64,000 nt of DNA, from assembly GCA_015680685.1 (NCBI GenBank), contig MNCI01002453.1:247710-311709 (forward strand). Reading direction: 5' to 3'. Every line of letters starts with the position of its first letter. Within the stretch, counting starts at the first letter, position 1. This stretch comes from Gnetum montanum (taxonomy: Eukaryota > Plantae > Gnetophyta). Under the pieces are notes generated by a model. It searched no databases. It worked only from the letters and a program-made list of their open reading frames with translations, and had not been told where the DNA came from. Below are positions 12,383 through 24,296 of the stretch, in pieces. The position numbers and the translations under genes are program-made.

Positions 12383-13025
12383 NNNNNNNNNNNNNNNNNN
12401 NNNNNNNNNNNNNNNNNNNNNNNNNNNNNNNNNNNNNNNNNNNNNNNNNNNNNNNNNNNNNNNNNNNNNNNNNNNNNNNNNNNNNNNNNNNNNNNNNNNN
12501 NNNNNNNNNNNNNNNNNNNNNNNNNNNNNNNNNNNNNNNNNNNNNNNNNNNNNNNNNNNNNNNNNNNNNNNNNNNNNNNNNNNNNNNNNNNNNNNNNNNN
12601 NNNNNNNNNNNNNNNNNNNNNNNNNNNNNNNNNNNNNNNNNNNNNNNNNNNNNNNNNNNNNNNNNNNNNNNNNNNNNNNNNNNNNNNNNNNNNNNNNNNN
12701 NNNNNNNNNNNNNNNNNNNNNNNNNNNNNNNNNNNNNNNNNNNNNNNNNNNNNNNNNNNNNNNNNNNNNNNNNNNNNNNNNNNNNNNNNNNNNNNNNNNN
12801 NNNNNNNNNNNNNNNNNNNNNNNNNNNNNNNNNNNNNNNNNNNNNNNNNNNNNNNNNNNNNNNNNNNNNNNNNNNNNNNNNNNNNNNNNNNNNNNNNNNN
12901 NNNNNNNNNNNNNNNNNNNNNNNNNNNNNNNNNNNNNNNNNNNNNNNNNNNNNNNNNNNNNNNNNNNNNNNNNNNNNNNNNNNNNNNNNNNNNNNNNNNN
13001 NNNNNNNNNNNNNNNNNNNNNNNNN
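12383..13025. other. Assembly gap (N run)
   Basis: Ns. Confidence 1.
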
Positions 13026-14659
13026 AGATCACACAAAACAAAAAATTATATTCCAACCATACTCTCCGCATCCCAACATATGAACAGTTGCGGTCCAAGG
13101 TGGACTGCCTATACCTTAGTATTCAAATTAGTAATAACTTATGGAAGGTCCGATGGAAGGTCCGCATGAAAGATCTCAAAGAAGAATTTCTATATAAAGC
13201 AAGAAAAGCAGCAAAGACACAGATATTTGGACTGTCTACCATGAGTCAGGAGAAAGTGGTAGAATTGTATTTAATGTACTGTAATAATTATTCTGAAAGT
13301 ATCACCAATGAAAGTATAACCAATTATGATGAAAGTATCCAATGATGATGAAAGTATCTTATTATGAAAGTTGTAAGTATCTAATTAACTACAAACTCAA
13401 GCAACATATGCGGGAATCGTGTAAAGGTAACGTTTCGATGTCAACTAGCCGATGTCAACTAGCCGAGTAGGTATTGGTGAACGAAGAGACAAAATGGTAA
13501 TGACGAAGGTCCGAGTAGGTACTGGTGAACGAAGAGACAAAATGGTAATGACGAAGGTAAGAATCGTAACAGCATAAGCAAATTGAATTTTACGAGTGTC
13601 AGTCAACCCTGTGGCACGAAAATGACTAAAAATTAGAAAGAGATGATAACCCAAACATTGGTACGGAAAGTGACCACGGAAAAGCAGGTAATGCAGGTAG
13701 TAAAAGTAATCAGAACAAATTGGTTATGAGTGATATCCCGAAGGTCAGAAGTGAGGGTCCAATATAGGGAAGTGTAAGCTGGAAGAGCAAATCGAGCTTT
13801 TTAAGTAGATCGAGATTTTTAAGTAGAAGCTCCCCCGTATGCATGACAGTGAAAGCGTATCCCCCGAACAAAGGTTGATCTCGGGTATATGTACATCTGG
13901 AAATGGGAGGATTTTCTGGAAATCAATATTTCTATTCTCTAATATGGACCTCTCACCTTGAAATCAATATTTCATTTAAAATGGACCTATCACCTTTGCC
14001 AATAACTAAACTGGTAGGTCAAGCTCTGTGATCTACCTTCGCACGTAGCAAGCGCTGCAGTGGTGAGTCAGCCCCCCGGGAGGTCATGTCAAGGATCGAA
14101 AGCTCCGCAACCCATGACGATGACCCTGTTTTGTTTTTTCTTTTTTCCACCTCTGATGTTGGAAAATCAAATGATGCCCTCCCTCTGTTAGTCACCTCCA
14201 TAAATTGCGTACGGAAAAATAGCATAGGTATGGCGATATGTACGATTTGGGATATAATGCCAGTAATATGTTAATCAACATATAATTAATCTGTTGCATG
14301 AACCTCATTCATATACGATTAATGAGGGGTTACTGCCAGCTCATTAATCTAGCTAGAAGGATTAATGCTCCTACATAATAAACTTAGTTGATTAATGGGA
14401 TGATAGCGTCATGAATCATTAATCATATTCCATCGCCATACGGGGTATCGCAATTTGTTAGTGTTTGTACACCGGGAGCCATGACCTGCTTGGTTACATG
14501 TATAGGATGGACCGAGAGCCATAGTACGGTACCTTCTTATTGCCATGGTTTAACCCTTCTACGGCGAATCTACGCTAGAATATTTTCAATGGGAGTACTG
14601 TCCCTTCGCTGAGTATGGAGGATAAATCAGCAACACCGAGTATCAACGACAATACCACT

Positions 14660-15790
14660 GCACACGCTGCACAAATAAGAGGCCTGACTCATGTTGACAG
14701 TTTTACAACACTCACGCTTGACAGCCCAAACCGAAAAACTCACGCTGCAACACAAACGAGGGCAACAACTCATGCTCATGCGGCACACAAGACGACAACA
14801 ACTTGACATAAATAAAAATAATTCATAATAGTGCCGTAAGGCCCAAATCAAGTTATGCCTATCAACACTGACGCCCACATCTGCTATTCACGCCAAATGG
14901 TAAGAGATACTCACGCTGCAACTAGGGTATCGCACTAAAATACACTGCCAAGTATGGTGCTAAAATACACTCACCCAGCAAACAAAAATGATTCATGCCA
15001 TGAGTACGGATATAAACAAAATGATTCACGCTGTGAGTATGGGTATAAACACTCACGCTGCACATTCAAAACTCACACTGCATATACTGAAATCAGACGA
15101 GGGAGGCCAAAGAGACCAAAGAATATCCACTCATGTTGATTTTGGCCCTTCATTCAGGCAGAAAAACTCACGCTGACGTTGGGGCAGACACTCACGCTAA
15201 TGCTTGCTGCTGTACTCATGCTAACCCTGATCTTAACATCACATTCATGCTAATCTTTGAGTCATGTACTCATGCTAGATGAGGCCTTGTACGCACAATG
15301 CGGATAATTCCATCTATGAACTCACGTTGATTGAGGCAAAAAACGTCCACGATCTCAAAATTAGGCATTCAAACCCTCATTTACAGACCTTAGAAATGCA
15401 ACTAACTCTAGAGATGCAGACCCTACAAATCACAATGAGTAGAAATTGCAAAAACCTAGTCCTCCCCGAAACAAAATACACCATTCACGCTGCCTATGGA
15501 TACGCATCACGTACGCTCATAAGTCAAAACGATCAGGCCTCAAGAAAAATGCACATCAGGGATAATGCAGTCCAGAAATTAGCTACTCACGTTAAGGAAA
15601 TTAAATTATGCTGGAAGCTACTCCAATCCTCATGCTAGAAGAAACACTTGTCTTCACTCATGCTGCTCAATATTTGCAATCACTCGTGCTGCTCAATATT
15701 TGCAATCACTCACGCTTGTCATCTTTAAGGTGCTCATGCTAAGCACTTGTCTTCAACTCACACTTCGACCAAATCACTCACGCTTGCATC
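14660..15790 (+). repeat. Dispersed array of ~25-30 ACTCACGCTG-like 10-mers with variable spacers
   Basis: Copies near 14710, 14738, 14909, 15051, 15166, 15190, 15214, 15320, 15483, 15584, 15656, 15707, 15776 and others; many show CpG decay (ACTCATGCTA). Confidence 0.8.
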
Positions 15791-16026
15791 CCGTCTTTCC
15801 CTTTGTATCGCCTATCCACACGTGGTGCGTTATCTTCATCCTTTATCTTTTATTTTTATTTTATTTCAGTTCATTTTCACTTTGTATCAATATGCTTCCA
15901 AGGTAAATAATTTCTTATGCATGTTTAAATATCCTTCTTTTCCAAAAAAATATATGTATGGCTCAGGTATCTAAAAGCTAAAACAAAACAAAACGACAAC
16001 ACATATGAAAAGTTTAAATTACTCAT

Positions 16027-16139
16027 GGCCTAGTAAGGCCTTAAACTGCCACACATGGCCCGATATGGCCTTAAACTACCAACCTCCAACTTGATATGGC
16101 TTTAAAATATCATACATCTAGGCATGATGGTAAACTGCC
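16027..16139 (+). ncRNA. Cluster 2 of coremin-like motifs, 4 copies
   Basis: GGCC-TAGTAA-GGCC-TTAAACTG; GGCC-CGATAT-GGCC-TTAAACTAC; one decayed copy; CATC-TAGGCAT-GATG-GTAAACTG. Confidence 0.55.
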
Positions 16140-16185
16140 CCTGGTGTACCATCAGTTACATTTAAACATAAAATCAATCTCTTAA

Positions 16186-17890
16186 GAAAAAAGAAAACTC
16201 ACCCTCGCTAACATAGCTCCCTGTTTCATTGGCAAGAGCAAACACATAGATAGCAAGCAACTCTTCATATTGTTGTTTATCAATGGACCACATGGAGTGA
16301 TTAAACGAGAAATCAATCTAGAGTCCATTGATTTAGACTCCCCAACATACGACAATTTAGTGGCATCAACCCAAGAAACATTAGATTGCTTTAAAGGAAT
16401 GACAAAATCTCTGGACTTAGAAGCCGATAACATCACCGAAGATCCCCTAGCTGAAGTCCCCATAACTACGTTAGATGACAAAGTTAAAATTTTAAAACTA
16501 AGTACTCTGTTAAATCTACAACTTGCCACTGACATAACTCAAGTGCTAAAAGACAACATGAAAGCATTCGCTTGGTCTTACATTGACATGCTTGGGCTCA
16601 ACCCTCAAATAGTCCAGCATAACATTATACTTGATCCAAAACTAAGGCCATTAAAAAAAAGCACACAAGGTCAAGCCTGAAGTCACATTGGTAGTTCACA
16701 ATGAGATCACGAAGCTTTATCAAGCTGATTTCATCTGAGCTATGGATTACGCTGATTGGGTATCCAACATGGTTATAGTCCTAAAGAAGAACGGAAGCAT
16801 TCGTCTATGCATTGACTTCCGAGACCTCAACATTACAACCATAAAAGATGACTTCCCACTACCTAGCATCGATCAACTTGTTGATTCAACCGCTGGGCAT
16901 GCATTGTTATCCTTTATGGATGGATTTTCAGGATACAACCAGATTAGGATCAACCCCAAACATCAACTTAGGACAACCTTTATGACACCATGGGGTACAT
17001 TTTTTTGTACAATGATGTCATTCGGTCTCAAGAATGCTGAGGCTACGTATCAACGAGCAATGACATTCATCTTTAGTGATTACATGTTCAACTTGCTCAA
17101 TTACTATGTAGATGACATTGCGGTCAAATCAAAAATAACTGAGCAACATGTACAAGATCTGGATTTGGTACTGAAACGTTGTGTAAAATATGAGCTTAGA
17201 CTCAACTCAAAGAAATTTGTCTTTGGGGTTAAAATAGGCAAAATGCTTTGATTCATCGTGTCTGAGATAGAGATATGGGTAGATCCGGATAAGGTTAAGG
17301 CAACAACAAATCTGAAACCACCTAGAAACCTTACTGAAATTTGCAGTCTACAAGGTAGATTACAGTTCATCAAACGTTTCATTGAAAAACTGACAGACAA
17401 GTTGAGGCCTATGCAGCACTTATTACACAAGAATGTTCATTTTGAATAGACTCCATAGTGCCAAGAAGCCTTTGACAACATCAAAACGACACTAGCTCAA
17501 CTACCGACAGTTTATCCAACCACAGAACAATAAACCATTTTACATCTACCTTGCAACATCCCAATCATCTATCGCATCTATGCTTTATCAGAAACGCAAT
17601 GATGGAACTAAAATCCCTGTTTAGTACTTGAGCCATGCATTAGTAGCCTACGAACAGTGTTACAATGATGTGGAAAGATCATGCCTTACCCTTATCTTTT
17701 CTTTAAATAAGTGGTGACATTATCTCTTCTATAACCAAGTGAATATCATCCTGTAAAGACAACGTGCTTAGAGCTATCACAAACAACATATACGAATCAA
17801 GCAAGATAGCTAAATGGAAAGCGATGATTGCTGAGTTTGACCTGCACTACATAGCTCAATCATTAGTTAAAGGTTAAGCTATAGTCAATC
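16186..17890 (+). pseudogene. pol: pol of B: reverse transcriptase and RNase H
   Basis: FAWSYIDMLGL, WVSNMVIVLKKNGSIRLCIDFRDLN, SFMDGFSGYNQI, YVDDI; RH motif Y...E.SCL.L at ~17650-17700. Confidence 0.95.
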
Positions 17891-17979
17891 AAATGACCGC
17901 ATCACCGACACAAGACCAAGCAACGATCAACCCAGAGTTTCCCGATGAGAACGTAAACACAATAGATACAGTACCTGAT

Positions 17980-18370
17980 AACTACGATGTAATTTTAAAC
18001 TTTGATGGAGCATCAACCTCCCAAGGAGGAAGTGCTGCAGCAGTTATCACATATCCCTTTGGGGAGATCCGACCCTTTGCTTATCGTTTAAACTTTCCTT
18101 GTACTAACAATGTGGTAGAGTACGAAGGTCTTCTTAGAGGTATCATGGTAGCACTAATGTCAGAAATCATATGGCTTGTAGTTAGAGATGACTCAAAGAT
18201 AGTCATCAATCAGGCCACATACGTATATGCATGTAAAGCTTTACATTTACAACCATACTGTGACTTGACAAAACACCTATTGAAACAATTCACAAACATA
18301 GATGTGCAACATGTTTCTAGAAATAACAATACCATTGCAGAAGAACTTGCAATACTAGCCCTAAACATTT
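17980..18370 (+). pseudogene. Additional archaeal-type RNase H (aRH) of B, between RH and INT
   Basis: LNFDGASTSQGGSA...CTNNVVEYEGLLRG...RDDSKIVINQ...HVSRNNNTIAEELA. Confidence 0.9.
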
Positions 18371-18479
18371 CACCTGACATGTTTCATTTGTTGCCCAGTT
18401 CCATAATGAGTTGTCCCAAGCCCATAAATAACGCTCTTGATGAACTACCCATAGCATCCGTTAGCACAACACATGTTGT

Positions 18480-19722
18480 GGAATGGTATGATGACATAAA
18501 TGAGTACCTTCTACATGGTGAACCACCTCAACATCTAACGAATGCTAAGAAGGACGCAGTGTAGAAACGCTCTTGGCAGTATTCACTAGTAGGGGACATG
18601 TTATGTCGTAGATCCTATGAAGGCATTTTGTTAGTGTTCGTTAGTAGCATCGATGGCTAAACCATCATAGAGCAGGTTCACGAAGGACTTTGCAGAGGGC
18701 ACATAGCACCCAAGGCAATGGCAACCAAAATCAGATGTTTAGGCTACTATTGGCCACACATGGAGTACGATTGTTTCTCCAAAGTCAAAACATGCAACAT
18801 CTGTCAAAAACATGGTGATCTTATACATGTGCCACATAATGAGTTGCATACAGCTCAAATCACATGGCCTTTCCAGAAATGGGGGTTAGACATCATAGGA
18901 CCAATAACTCCCCCATCTTTCGCAAGACATAGCTTCATTATAATTGCAATGGAATATTTCACAAAATGGGTAGAAGCTATTCCTCTTAGGAAAACCACAT
19001 CAAACCAAGTATGAAACTTCATCCTTGAAAACATTGTGACTCGTTTTGGCATTCCAATGACAATAATCATTGATAACAAGCCATAATTCAGCAATGTCAA
19101 ATCCAAAACCTTTTGTGATAGCCTAGGAATCAAACATTCATTTTCATCACCATACTATCCTCAGAGCAACGATCAAGCAGAATCCACAAATAAAACAGTC
19201 ATCACGGTGCTCAAGAAAATGCTTAATCAAAGCAAAAGAAGATGGCACAAACAACTAGTGTACGCGCTATGGGCATATCGAATGATGCACAGAACATCCA
19301 TAGGTAAAATACCATAAAGTCTTGTTTATGGTTCAAAAGCTGTTTTACCTTTGGAGTTGCAGGTACCTTCGTTGTGGATCATACTCTCCAGACTCCTCGA
19401 TGAAAGTCAAAACAATGACTCGCGCATTTTTGACCTTGACTCGGTTGAGGAGGAACGAACATGCACACTATATCAAATCGAGTGGTACCAGAAGCAACAA
19501 CGACAACGATATCAACATGACATTCACAAGCGCCTGATCACGGGAGGTGACTTTGTCCTTAAGGCAATCCGTGAACACTTGGACAAATTCTCAGCCAACT
19601 GGAAAGGTCCTTACTTGGTCACCAAAGCATATGAAAATGGAGCATTCAAACTAACCGATATGGACGGTAACAAGCTTGCTCATCCAACAAATCACATGTA
19701 CCTCAAGTCATTTTACATCTGA
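18480..19722 (+). pseudogene. Integrase of B
   Basis: HEG.C.GH, GYYWPHM..DC...VKTCNICQKH, WPFQKWGLDIIGP, YFTKWVEA, KFSANWKGPY; stop at 19722. Confidence 0.93.
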
Positions 19723-19743
19723 ATAAAGCTTAAGGTATGCATT

Positions 19744-20049
19744 CGTCCTGGAATCACGATGGTAAACTGATACCACAGACTTGTCCAGGGATCATGATGA
19801 TAAATTGATACCACAGAACGGTCCTGAAAAAATGACCAAAAATCGATACCACAGATCATCCAGAATGACAATAAACTATCACACTCTCATCTGACAAAGT
19901 CCGTCAAGACTATAAACTAGCTTGCCTCTCCATAGTTTGCCATGACTATAAACTAGCATTGCACTATCTACTATGATGCTAAATTAGCAATGTCCAACAG
20001 GTTATGATGTAAACCTAATCCAAGATAGTCCATCAAGACTATAAACTAG
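19744..20049 (+). ncRNA. Cluster 3 of coremin-like motifs, ~9 copies
   Basis: For example AGTC-CGTCAA-GACT-ATAAACTAG (19898-19920), TAGTC-CATCAA-GACTA-TAAACTAG (20026-20049) and CGTC-CTGGAATCAC-GATG-GTAAACTG (19744). Confidence 0.6.
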
Positions 20050-21151
20050 CAACTTCTTCACTGGTCTACTAATCTATTGTTGTAATCAAACACCATGTCT
20101 TCATCAACCTACCGCATGAATTCATCACATGGACTCTAAAAACATTTCCTATTGCTAAATGTTGTTTGCCTGTAGTCACACATGGTGTCTTCATTCCATC
20201 GGTTGCATCCATGTTTAAAGTGTTAAGCTAACACATTCAATCGTGGTTTTCTTGTCTTCTTGGAGTTGTGTTTGCAGGATGACACCCAGAGGTGTTCATA
20301 CACGGATGCACTTCATCATGGCAACAAGGTACCACATTGTTCCTCATGTATGTAACCAGGTTAATCAAACTATTCACAAGTACATTCCTAGTTTCCCAAA
20401 TGTCCCTCATTCCATAGCATGTGCTCTATTTAGTTACATTTCTCAGATACATCCCAGTCACCCCAAAACTCTGAACACATGGTTGCACACTATAACTCTC
20501 AAAGTGATTGCAACACACAGCACAACCCATGATACAATTACAGGCACACGAGCACGTGTACAAAAAAAATGCTCTTCCCACAAAAAAAAAAGAAACAAAG
20601 AAAAAAGAAAAAAGAAGAAGAAGAGAGAAAAATCCATCACAAAACCCTTGGTACTTCCCATACAAGCCCTAGGTAGGAAGGTACTTGTCTTGGAAGAAAA
20701 CACTCATGTCTCAAACAATCATGTTGCATCCCACCACATGGATTTGGCTATTGGACAACAGGTTCCTTTTGACACTCAACAAGGATCTTGTTTCTCCAAA
20801 GAATGCACCACCTCATCACGTGGCTTTGGTTGTGACAACGAATTCTATTAAATAGGACATAAGAGTCTCGTTCTTCCAAAGGATGTACATTCCATGCCTT
20901 GGTCCCAAGTCCACTAGATACTAGCTACTGAAAAGGACCAACATGATGTGTTCACACAAGAGCATTCCTCTTCTCACAGTCACAAATCTTCTCCCTATAC
21001 ATCTCAAAACCTCATTTCCTAATCCCATGTACTTCTGAACACGGTGCGATGACATTTGGCCAAGTGCCAAAGAACAATGCTGGATGCTAAGTTGTTTGTT
21101 GTGTTTTATACCTCTTTGTCGATGCTACTTAGGTAGATTCTTCCAAGAATC

Positions 21152-21164
21152 AAAAAAAGGGGCC
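21152..21164 (+). promoter_or_regulatory. Polypurine tract of B
   Basis: AAAAAAAGGGGCC just upstream of the 3' LTR. Confidence 0.8.
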
Positions 21165-21166
21165 AA

Positions 21167-23173
21167 TGAAACACCATAAAATTTTGACCTAGCACTTTTA
21201 GACAAGAATCAAGCTAATTCATGCTACTGCCCAACATGAGTACAACATGACCAAACTTGAGAGCCTTCAAAATGACATACAATGGAGCAAGAAAGGTCCC
21301 CCCAAGGCCCATAGGAAACTACACCAACTTTTGGCATCTAGAATCAAATTTTTTGGGCTCAAAATACTTGGTTTTGGCTAAGTATAATTTGGCTACCTTT
21401 TCATACGCTGCTCAGCGTAAGGCTCAACGTCACCAACTTTTGGAGCCCCAAAATTGAGTTAAAATAGCCTAAAATAAAGCATAGGGATTCCCCATGAACT
21501 TCACCAAGGTCCCTAGTAGCTCCCAGCCTCTAGAAAATCAAGATTTGGGCCTCAAATGTGCCACTTTGACTTGGTGACGCTGGGGTTAGTTTTCAGACGC
21601 TGGTCAACGTAAGGCTCAATGTCACTAAATTTTGGAGCCTTGAAATTGAGTCAAAATAGCATAAAATCAAGCATAGAGATCCTCCATGACCTTCATCAAG
21701 GTCTCCAGTAGTTCCCAGCCTCTAGAAAATCAAGATTTGGGCCTCAAATGTGCCACTTTGACTTGGTGACGCTGGGGTTACTTTTTAGACGCTGCTCAGC
21801 GTAAGGCTCAGCATCACCAACATTTGGAGCCCCAAATCTGAGTCAAAACAAGCTAAAATCAAGCATAGGGACCCCCATAACCTTCACCAAGGTCCCCAGT
21901 AGCTCCTAGCCTCTAGAAAATCAAGATTTGGGCCTCAAATGTGCCTTTGACTTGGTGACACTGGGGTTACTTTTCAAATGTTGCACAGTGTAAGGCTCAA
22001 CGTCACCAAATTTTGGAGCCCCGAAACAGAGCCAAAACGACATCTAAATCAGCCCATATTTGGCACACAGAACCCTCATGACCCATAGCATGCAGAACCA
22101 CTCTGAAAATAGGTCTCATAGGTCAAAAATGGGTTCAAAATGCACTATTTTTAGGTCAGATGATGTTAGTGATGCTGACGTTGGACGCTAACACTGACGG
22201 TAGATGCTAACGCTAGACATTGACATTGATGCTGGATGCTGATGTTGGATGCTGATGCTAGAATGGGCTACACACACATCAGAGCTAGATCCACATACAT
22301 TGGAGGCTTTGGCAGCACAAAAAAAGCACAGATCTGCAGATTCGGAGGCCAAACACTAGATCCACTCTTGTACTTTAACTTTCTTTGTACATTTTACATT
22401 TTTCAGCGTATAAAGCTCTTACACTATAAGTTACACATGTCAGTGTAAGAGAATTTTGTCATGCTACATGCTATACATTGTAACATTTTGTGCATCCAGT
22501 CAACGCACACACCTGTCACCTGATCTGAATTTTTCTCATCCCGCAGCCATGGATCTTCACACAGATCCACATCCCATGCATCAAAACCGTATAAATATCC
22601 TGATTTTCCACTAGATCGAGGTTGGAAAATTTAATCATGGAGCATCTTGTACACTTTTCATGCTGAACATTCCAAGAAACATTTAATACATTGGGCATCA
22701 GAATTAGTTATGCTGAGCAAGGGAAATCTTAGTCATACTGCAGAACCTGTAACCAGAAACCTGTATTCCCCAGCATCCATTCACATCGGGGCTAACGTCC
22801 ACCTTGCAATCATTTTTCAACTATGTTCTGACTGGTGAACTTCTTTGTAATTTTCAATCAATACAAACAGTTACATTTTTTCCAATCATATATACAGTTT
22901 ACATTATTTTTTGTCTACGCTGTTTACACATTGTTTACGCTAATCCACATTTATGTTTGCATTTGTTTACATTTTTTTACAATAACTCGATGCATTGCCA
23001 TTGCATATGCTAGGGGAAGTACTTGTTTGATCTGCATGCAAACCATCCAAGGCACTCTGCCTTCGTTTATTTCCAGCTTGCCTTCGTGCAAAGGCAGGGT
23101 CTGTTGTATCTCTCCGGAGATCTTTAGGTGTTCGTTTTCTTCCAGCCTTACGCCGATGATTTCGAATAGTACA
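21167..23173 (+). repeat. 3' LTR of B (2007 bp), containing a ~191 bp tandem unit x3 plus a partial copy (21404-22030)
   Basis: Same termini as the 5' LTR; units start near 21405, 21597, 21789 and 21980. Confidence 0.9.
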
Positions 23174-23178
23174 GTCTC

Positions 23179-23362
23179 TCCAACGCATCTGTTCATCTTG
23201 ATGAAGGATAAAAGTAAAATTAGGTATATACTCATCGAGATGAGTATATTCCACCCTATATTGTTGAGGAACCAATTGGTTTAGGTTATGTGTTTTTGAT
23301 TCCCGACTATTCTTTGTATGATCCCTAGGTGATGTGCTCTTGTGAGAAGAAGAAGAAGACAT
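23179..23362 (-). pseudogene. gag: 5' end of A1 gag ORF (MSSSSSHKSTSPRDHTK...MRWRD), cut by the B insertion
   Basis: In frame with 7083 downward across the TSD; homologous to 575-760. Confidence 0.75.
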
Positions 23363-23485
23363 GATGTCTTATCGGTATGCTAATTTTACCATTATAAAAT
23401 TTTTTGTTGATTAACTCTAAGGTTTGTTTAAGCTCCCAACGATGTAAATGATCTCTTATGTCCTACTTAGCGCACAAACACTTAG

Positions 23486-23503
23486 TCCCCGACAATGGCG
23501 CCA
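23486..23503 (-). promoter_or_regulatory. PBS (tRNA-Asp type) of A1
   Basis: Minus strand TGGCGCCATTGTCGGGGA. Confidence 0.85.
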
Positions 23504-23504
23504 A

Positions 23505-24296
23505 TGATGAGTGGCGAGGTACCCCTACACTCAACCATACGAATACGAGCGTAACACGAGTGATTCCGTCAAACTGCATAGACTAAGTGCCTACATGCCT
23601 CATGGAACACTTAAGGTTAATCATTTTTTGTCTTCCCAGACTTACTTGTATTTGTCACGGTGTATGGGTAAGTAAGTTCGAGGTATATGATTTTTATATC
23701 TTTTCTATTTTATCTCCTATGCTATTGAGGTGAATGGTTGAAGAAGCTAATTTCTAACTTTAACTAACCAACTAAGTCTAAATTAACCTAGCATCAGCAT
23801 TCGTTCCCACTTACCATTCACACCCTGAACCGATGCAACTGTGGCTACCAAACGCTAGTCGTTGCTGGGATGACCATGCGTAACACACGTGCTTGAAGCG
23901 ATCATACTGAGGCACTTAACTAGGAGAGAATGGTTGAGAGAGATTTAATTACTAATAAAGCATGTAAATGAATAATAGTAAATAACAATAAATAAAATCC
24001 TAATTAGCCTATTCCATGCACTGCAAGGTTTATCCAAGAAGTTTGTCTTTATTTCCATACACAAACTTGTGTTCAGGTACAATGTCTGCTTGAATAATGA
24101 TCCGTCCACTTTGGAGTTCCTACTACAGGCACATGGAAAATATTCTATCTCAGGAGAGATCAAACTACTAGAGTTTCCCTACGGTCTAGGCTAGAATGGA
24201 AAACAAGGAAGAGCCACCTTTTATTTATAGATATTGTGATGCCATATTGTGGGGGATGACACGATATCGTAGACCATGCGATATTGCATCCCATCA
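23505..24296 (-). repeat. 5' LTR of A1 (792 bp)
   Basis: TGATGAG...CCATCA; followed by GGAGT, where the integrase of C1 resumes (compare intact CATAGGAGT near 33941). Confidence 0.88.

Larger units (their letters stand above)
7089..23173 (+). mobile_element. Full-length Tat/Ogre-like Ty3/gypsy element B (gag-PR // RT-RH-aRH-INT)
   Basis: TG...CA LTRs, 5-bp TSD GTCTT (7084-7088) / GTCTC (23174-23178), PBS and PPT. The host gag frame rejoins as ...MRWRD|LQGNIVLP... when B is removed. Confidence 0.92.
904..24296 (-). mobile_element. Athila-like Ty3/gypsy element A1, gag-protease only, interrupted by element B
   Basis: LTRs 904-1905 and 23505-24296, PBS 23486-23503, gag and Athila-type protease; no RT, RH or INT found. 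Confidence 0.85.

Noticed and set aside
12187-13345. Long ORFs of 222-340 aa
   Set aside because: Artefacts of translating through the N gap.
14660-15790. CRISPR array
   Set aside because: The repeat is only ~10 nt, degenerate and irregularly spaced; there are no cas genes and the context is a eukaryotic retrotransposon.
11959-20049. Hammerhead or twister ribozymes as the identity of the hairpin motifs
   Set aside because: No CUGAUGA/GAAA core or twister consensus in the required arrangement; the units are only ~22 nt.
20243-20851. 202-aa plus-strand ORF as an extra gene
   Set aside because: It runs through an A-rich low-complexity tract and has no domain features.
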